Below, one piece after another: positions 61,502-64,000 of a DNA stretch of 64,000 nt. The DNA lies in NCBI GenBank assembly GCA_963729605.1, contig CAVSNY010000002.1, positions 1-64,000 on the forward strand. Reading direction: 5' to 3'. The number at the start of each line of letters is the position of its first letter. Position 1 is the stretch's first letter. The notes beneath the pieces were generated by a model that searched no databases, was not told the DNA's origin, and saw nothing but the letters and a program-made list of their open reading frames with translations. Made by a program: the position numbers and the translations under genes. The stretch comes from an uncultured Gammaproteobacteria bacterium (lineage in GTDB: Bacteria > Pseudomonadota > Gammaproteobacteria > DRLM01).

Positions 61502-61517
61502 TGGCATACGCCTTGCT
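61502..61517 (+). promoter_or_regulatory. Sigma54 promoter of the urease operon
   Basis: TGGCAT-ACGCC-TTGCT. Confidence 0.8.
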
Positions 61518-61694
61518 CGACACTTTTGAAAATCGGGGATGAAATGAATCTGAAAAAAGCGGTTGACCGCGGGCTTCACGGCGATCACGAAGGAGAATCA
61601 GCGTCTGCGCGTCCCGGTCGAAGCCGGCCGGCCAGTGAGTTCGTTCCGCACCCGCTCATGCTCCGCGTCTTTTGTGACCCCCGCGGTTGTTAAG

Positions 61695-62540
61695 ATGATG
61701 CAGCCGCAAATACACGGGCGGAGCGGCGATGCCTGGCGCGCGCGCCTGGACTTGAATTTCGAGGCGCGCGGCGGCCGTACCTTGCTGGCGGCGCGCGCCC
61801 ATCACGGACCGCTGCGGGTGCAGCGGCCGTTTTATCCCGAAGGCGAACGGGTCTGTCACGTTTATATATTGCATCCGCCCGGCGGCATGGTGGGCGGCGA
61901 CGAAGTGGCGATCGACGTCGCGGTGGGCGCGGGCGCCTCGGTCTTGCTCACCACCCCCGCGGCGGGTAAGTTTTATCGCAGCAGCGGCGCCGTGGTGCGG
62001 CAAAGCCACCATCTTCGCGTGGCGCAAGGGGCGATGCTGGAATGGTTGCCGCAGGAGGGCATCGTCTTCGACGGCGCTCATGCCGAGTTGTCCACGCGGG
62101 TGGAGCTGGCCGAGGGCGCGGGCTTCATCGGTTGGGAGATCCTGTGTCTAGGCCGGCCCGGCGCCGGCGAACGGTTTACCCATGGCGCGCTGCGGCAGCG
62201 CGTCGAGCTGTGGCGGGAAGGTGTGCCTTTATATATCGAGCGCGCCCGCTATGAGGAGGGTGCGGCCGCGCTCACCGCGCCGTGGGGTTTGGCGGGTTGC
62301 GCGGTGAGCGGCAGTTTATGGTGCGTCTGCGACGGCGAAGAGTTGCTGGCGCGGGTGCGCGAGGCCGTGGCGCCGGCGGCGGGGCTGTTCAGCGCGACCC
62401 GGCTGGACGGTGTGCTGCTGTGCCGCTACCTTGGCGACCACGCCGACGAAGCGCGCTGCTGTTTCGAGACCGTTTGGCAGGTATTGCGGCCGGCGCTGCT
62501 GCAACGTTCGGCCTGCGCGCCGCGGATTTGGGCGACGTGA
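61695..62540 (+). CDS. ureD: Urease accessory protein D
   Basis: GPLRVQRPFYPEG, LHPPGGMVGGD, TTPAAGKFYRS, PRIWAT. Confidence 0.96.
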   Translation: MMQPQIHGRSGDAWRARLDLNFEARGGRTLLAARAHHGPLRVQRPFYPEGERVCHVYILHPPGGMVGGDEVAIDVAVGAGASVLLTTPAAGKFYRSSGAVVRQSHHLRVAQGAMLEWLPQEGIVFDGAHAELSTRVELAEGAGFIGWEILCLGRPGAGERFTHGALRQRVELWREGVPLYIERARYEEGAAALTAPWGLAGCAVSGSLWCVCDGEELLARVREAVAPAAGLFSATRLDGVLLCRYLGDHADEARCCFETVWQVLRPALLQRSACAPRIWAT

Positions 62541-62740
62541 TCGCTGATCGTCGCGGTGGAGAAAGCGAGCATGGCCTGCTTTAATCAAGGGCGATGACAG
62601 AAGGAAGCTCTGAATGATTCCATGCTGGAATTTCTCGGAATACGGGCCTTGGAGCCGGGTGGGAACCGCTGAATCATTGCGGGTTCCTGAGGTGGATTTT
62701 ATTTGGCGTCTTGACGGCGCATAGATTTTAAGGAGCAGGC

Positions 62741-63043
62741 ATGGAGCTGACCCCGCGGGAAAAAGACAAGCTGCTGTTGTTCACCGCCGCGCTGCTCGCC
62801 GAACGGCGCAAGGCGCGCGGTTTGAAATTGAATTATCCCGAGGCGGTGGCCTATATCTCCGCCGCGATTTTGGAAGGCGCCCGCGACGGCAAGACCGTGG
62901 CGGAGATGATGAGTTACGGCGCGACCTTGCTCAGCCGCGACGAGGTGATGGAGGGTGTGGCGGAGATGATCGCCGAGGTGCAGGTGGAGGCGACCTTCCC
63001 CGACGGCACCAAGCTGGTGACGGTGCACAATCCCATAGTGTGA
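62741..63043 (+). CDS. ureA: Urease gamma subunit
   Basis: [12 protein letters not shown]...[17 protein letters not shown]. Confidence 0.99.
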   Translation: MELTPREKDKLLLFTAALLAERRKARGLKLNYPEAVAYISAAILEGARDGKTVAEMMSYGATLLSRDEVMEGVAEMIAEVQVEATFPDGTKLVTVHNPIV

Positions 63044-63182
63044 AAAACCCGACGCGGAGGCGCAAAGATCGAAACCGTGAAAAAGACGGCTGAAGCGACG
63101 GGCGGAGTCGGAGCGCGCAGCCGGACGGAGCAGAAAAAGACGTTCTGCACTTTTGCGTCGAATGTTAACGGAGGAGAACCGC

Positions 63183-63496
63183 ATGATCCCAGGCGAAATG
63201 GAGACGATGGACGGCGAGATCGAATTGAACGCGGGCCGCGCTATGGTGCGCGTCGTCGTCACCAACAGCGGCGACCGGCCCATACAAGTCGGTTCGCATT
63301 ACCACTTTTTCGAAACCAACCGCGCCTTGCAGTTCGAACGTGAGCGGGCCTGGGGCAAGCGCCTCAACATCGCCGCCGGTACCGCGGTGCGTTTCGAGCC
63401 GGGCCAGCGCCGCGAGGTGGAGCTGGTGGACTACGCGGGCGAACGCCGCGTCTATGGATTTCAGGCCAAGGTGATGGGCGCGCTGGAGAAACAGGC

Positions 63497-63500
<4 letters not shown>
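63183..63500 (+). CDS. ureB: Urease beta subunit
   Basis: MIPGE...[15 protein letters not shown]...GTAVRFEPG. Confidence 0.98.

Positions 63501-64000
<500 letters not shown>

Overview
GC-rich gammaproteobacterial chromosome segment (inferred from the polA-engB-dsbA-EEP synteny, the Lpp/OprI-type lipoprotein and the Gsp operon). In order it holds: an S8 protease with a GlyGly-CTERM-like tail; housekeeping genes (EEP, acetolactate synthase, dsbA, a cNMP protein, engB, polA, LOG, DUF2782); a gspC-N type II secretion operon; two L,D-transpeptidases beside a long Lpp-like lipoprotein; and uvrD. A mosaic island of about 14 kb (~37.2-51.3 kb) is anchored at tRNA-Arg(CCG). After it come an M16 peptidase, a guanidine-utilisation locus (ABC importer and guanidine hydrolase, each behind a sigma54 promoter and a guanidine-I riboswitch), a PAS-PAS-GGDEF-EAL protein and the start of a urease operon. 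The most notable signals are: (1) a coupled four-gene operon in a tRNA-integrated element (HTH, N6-adenine methyltransferase, PD-(D/E)xK-like nuclease, HEXXH metallopeptidase), a candidate undescribed defence system; (2) an IS1111-type bridge/seekRNA whose guides can be read directly and match the flanking REP-like target; (3) a sigmaE-type, anti-SD-looped sRNA at the Spot42/ErsA position; (4) a DARS-like DnaA-box trio; (5) two unannotated small membrane proteins. Single-base frameshifts in gspF, uvrD and the NHL gene may be sequencing errors. All family calls come from motif recognition by eye; no searches were run.
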